Source: Chiloscyllium plagiosum (Eukaryota). From it: DNA of 64,000 nt. Position 1 is the stretch's first letter. Each line of letters opens with the position of its first letter. A program made the translations under genes and the position numbers. The notes under the pieces were generated by a model, which did no database searches, had not been told where the DNA came from, and was given only the letters and a program-made list of their open reading frames with translations. Shown piece after piece: positions 61,333 to 64,000 of the stretch. Location: positions 12,563,969 through 12,627,968 of the forward strand of contig NC_057719.1 of NCBI RefSeq assembly GCF_004010195.1. Reading direction: 5' to 3'.

Positions 61333-64000
61333 TCATAGAGTCATCGAGATGTACAGCAGGGAAATAGACCCTTCGGTCCAACCCGTCCATGCTGACCAGA
61401 TATCCCAACCCAATCTAGTCTCACCTGTCAGTACCTGGCCCATATCCCTCCAAACTCTTCCTATTCATATACCCATCCAAATGCTTCTTAAATGTTGCAA
61501 TTGTACCAGCCTCCACCACTTCCTCTGGCTGCTCATTCCATACCCGTAGCACCCTCTGTGTGAAAAAGTTGCCCCATAAATCTCTTTTATATCCTTCCCC
61601 TCTCACCCTAAACCTATGTCCTCTAGTTCTGGACTCCCTGACCCCAGCGAAAAGACTTTGCCTATTTACCCTATTCATGCCCCTCATAATTTTGTAAACC
61701 TCTATAAGGTCACCCCTTAGCCTCCGACGCTCCAGGGAAAACAGCCCCAACCTGTTCAGCCTCTCCCTATAGCTCAAATCCTCCAACCCTGGCAACATCC
61801 TTGTACATCTTTTCTGAACCCTTTCAAGTTTCACAACGTTTTCCGATAGGAAGGAGATCAGAATTGCATGCAATATTCCAACAGTCGCCTAACCAATGTC
61901 CTGTACAGCAGCAACATGACCTCCCAACTACTGTACTCAATACTCTGACCAATAAAGGAAAGTATACCAAATGCCTTGTTCATTATCCTATCTACTTGCC
62001 ACTCCACATTCAAGGAGCTATGAACCTGCACGCCAAGGTCTCTTTGTTCAGCAACACTCCCTAGGACCTTACCATTAAGTGTATAAATCCTGCTAAAATT
62101 TGCTTTCCCAAAATGCAACACCTCATATTTTTCTGAATTAAACTCCATCTATAGACAATAGGTGCAGGAGTAGGCCATTCTGCCCTTCGCGCCTGCACCA
62201 CCATTCAATATGATCATGGCTGATCATCCTTAATCAGTATCCTGTTCCTGCGTTGATTCCACTATCCTTGAAAGCTCTATCCAATTCTTTCTTAAATGAA
62301 TCCAGAGACTGGGCCTCCACTGCCCTCTGGGGCAGAGCATTCCACACAGCCACCACTCTCTGGGTGAAGAGGTTTCTCCTCATCTCTGTCCTAAATGGTC
62401 TACCCCGTATTTTTAAGCTGTGTCCTCTGGTTCGGCACTCACCCATCAGCGGAAACATGTTTCCTGCCTCCAGAGTGTCCAATCCTTTAATAATCTTATA
62501 TGTCTCAATCAGATCCCCTCTCAGTCTTCTAAACTCAAGGGTATACAAGCCCAGTCGCTCCAGTCTTTCAGCGTAAGGTAGTCCTGCCATTCCAGGAATT
62601 GATCTCGTGAATCTACGCTGCACTCCCTCAATAGCCAGAATGTCTTTCCTCAAATTTGGAGACCAGAACTCCATCTGTCACCTCTCAGCCCATTGGCCCA
62701 TCTGGTCAAGATCCTGTTGTAATCTGAAGTAACCCTCTTTGCTGTCCACTACACCTCCAATTTTGATGTCATCTGCAAACTTACTAACTGTACCTCTTAT
62801 GCTCGCATCCAAATCATTTATGTAAATGACGAAAAGTAGAGGACCCAGCACCGATCCTTGTGGCACTCCACTGGTCACAGGCCTCCAGTCTGAAAAACAA
62901 CCCTCCACCACCACCCTCTGCCTTCTACTTTTGAGCCAGTTCTGTATCCAAATGGCTAGTTCTCCCTGTATTCCGTGAGATCTAACCTTGCTAATCAATC
63001 TCCCATGGGGAACCTTGTCGAATGCCTTACCGAAGACTATATAGATCACATCTACTGCTCTGCCCTCATCAATCCTCTTTTGTTACTTCCTCAAAAAACT
63101 TAATCAAGCTTGTGAGACATGATTTCCCACGCACAAAGCCACGTTGACTATCCTTAATCAGTCCTTGCCTTTCCAAATACGTGTAACTCCTGTCCCTCAG
63201 GATTCCCTCCAACAACTTGCCCACCACCAATGTCAGGCTCACTGGTCTATAATTCTCTGGCTTGTCCTTACCACCCTTCTTAAACAGTGGCACCACATTA
63301 GCCAACTTCCAGTTTCCAGCACCTCACCTGTGACTATCGATGATACAAATATTTCAGCAAGAGGCCCAGCAATCACTTCTCTGGCTTCCCACAGAGTTCT
63401 AGGGTACACCTGATCAGATCCTGGGGATTTATCCACCTTTACCCGTTTCAAGTAATCCAGCACTTCCTCCTCTGTAATCTGGACATTTTGCAAGATGTCA
63501 CCATCTATTTCCCTGCGGTCTATATCTTCCATATCCTTTTCCACAGTAAATACTGATGCAAAAAACTAATTTAGTATCTTCCCCATTTTCTGTGGCCCAC
63601 ACAAAGGCTGCCTTGCTGATCTTTGAGGGGCCCTATTCTCTTCCTAGTTACCCTTTTGTCCTTAATGTATTTGTAAAAACTCTTTGGATTCTCCTTAATT
63701 CTATTTGCCAGAGTTATTTCATGTCCCCTTTTTTCCCCTCCTGAATTCTCTCTTAAGTATGCTCCTACTTCTTTTGTACTCTTCTAAAGATTCCTGAATC
63801 TATCCTGTCTATACCTTGCATGTGCTTCCTTCTTTTTCTTAACCAAACCCTCAATTTCTTTAGTCATCCAGCATTCCCTATACCTATCACCCTGACAGGA
63901 ATATACTTTCTCTGGATTCTTGTTGTCTCATTTCTGAAGGCTTCCCTTTACCTGCGAACATCTGCCCCCAAGCAGCTTTTGAAAGTTCTTGCCTAATACC
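61333..64000 (-). mobile_element. Long CR1 LINE (ORF2) running off the window
   Basis: [43 protein letters not shown]; ctctatgactctatg tail at ~61333. Confidence 0.92.
62151..62666 (-). mobile_element. Second CR1 family 3' fragment nested in CR1, 10-bp TSD
   Basis: aactccatct at 62141-62150 and 62667-62676. Open frame FWSPNLRKDILAIEGVQRRFTR..RGDLIETYKI. Confidence 0.88.

Overview
Vertebrate nuclear DNA, most likely a cartilaginous fish (HE1/V-SINE-type SINEs and CR1 LINEs dominate; species not determinable here). It carries the conserved BBOF1(+)/ALDH6A1(-)/LIN52(+) block: eight 3' coding exons of BBOF1 (1190-19573), ALDH6A1 exon 1 and exons 8-12 (exons 2-7 not found, probably in a 500-N gap), and LIN52 exon 1. 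ALDH6A1 and LIN52 share a ~420-bp bidirectional promoter. The rest is a nested transposon landscape: CR1 LINEs, SINEs, a hAT fossil, a decayed Gypsy element and many Penelope-like elements (PLEs). The most striking signal is in the PLEs. Three families carry minimal hammerhead ribozyme cores. They repeatedly form fold-back insertions with 12-15 bp target-site duplications and a 30-45 nt tail on one arm only, down to ~215-bp miniature double-hammerhead hairpins. There is no prokaryotic-type system (no CRISPR, no rRNA, no true tRNA genes). All family assignments come from motif recognition, not database searches, and TE boundaries without a stated TSD are approximate.
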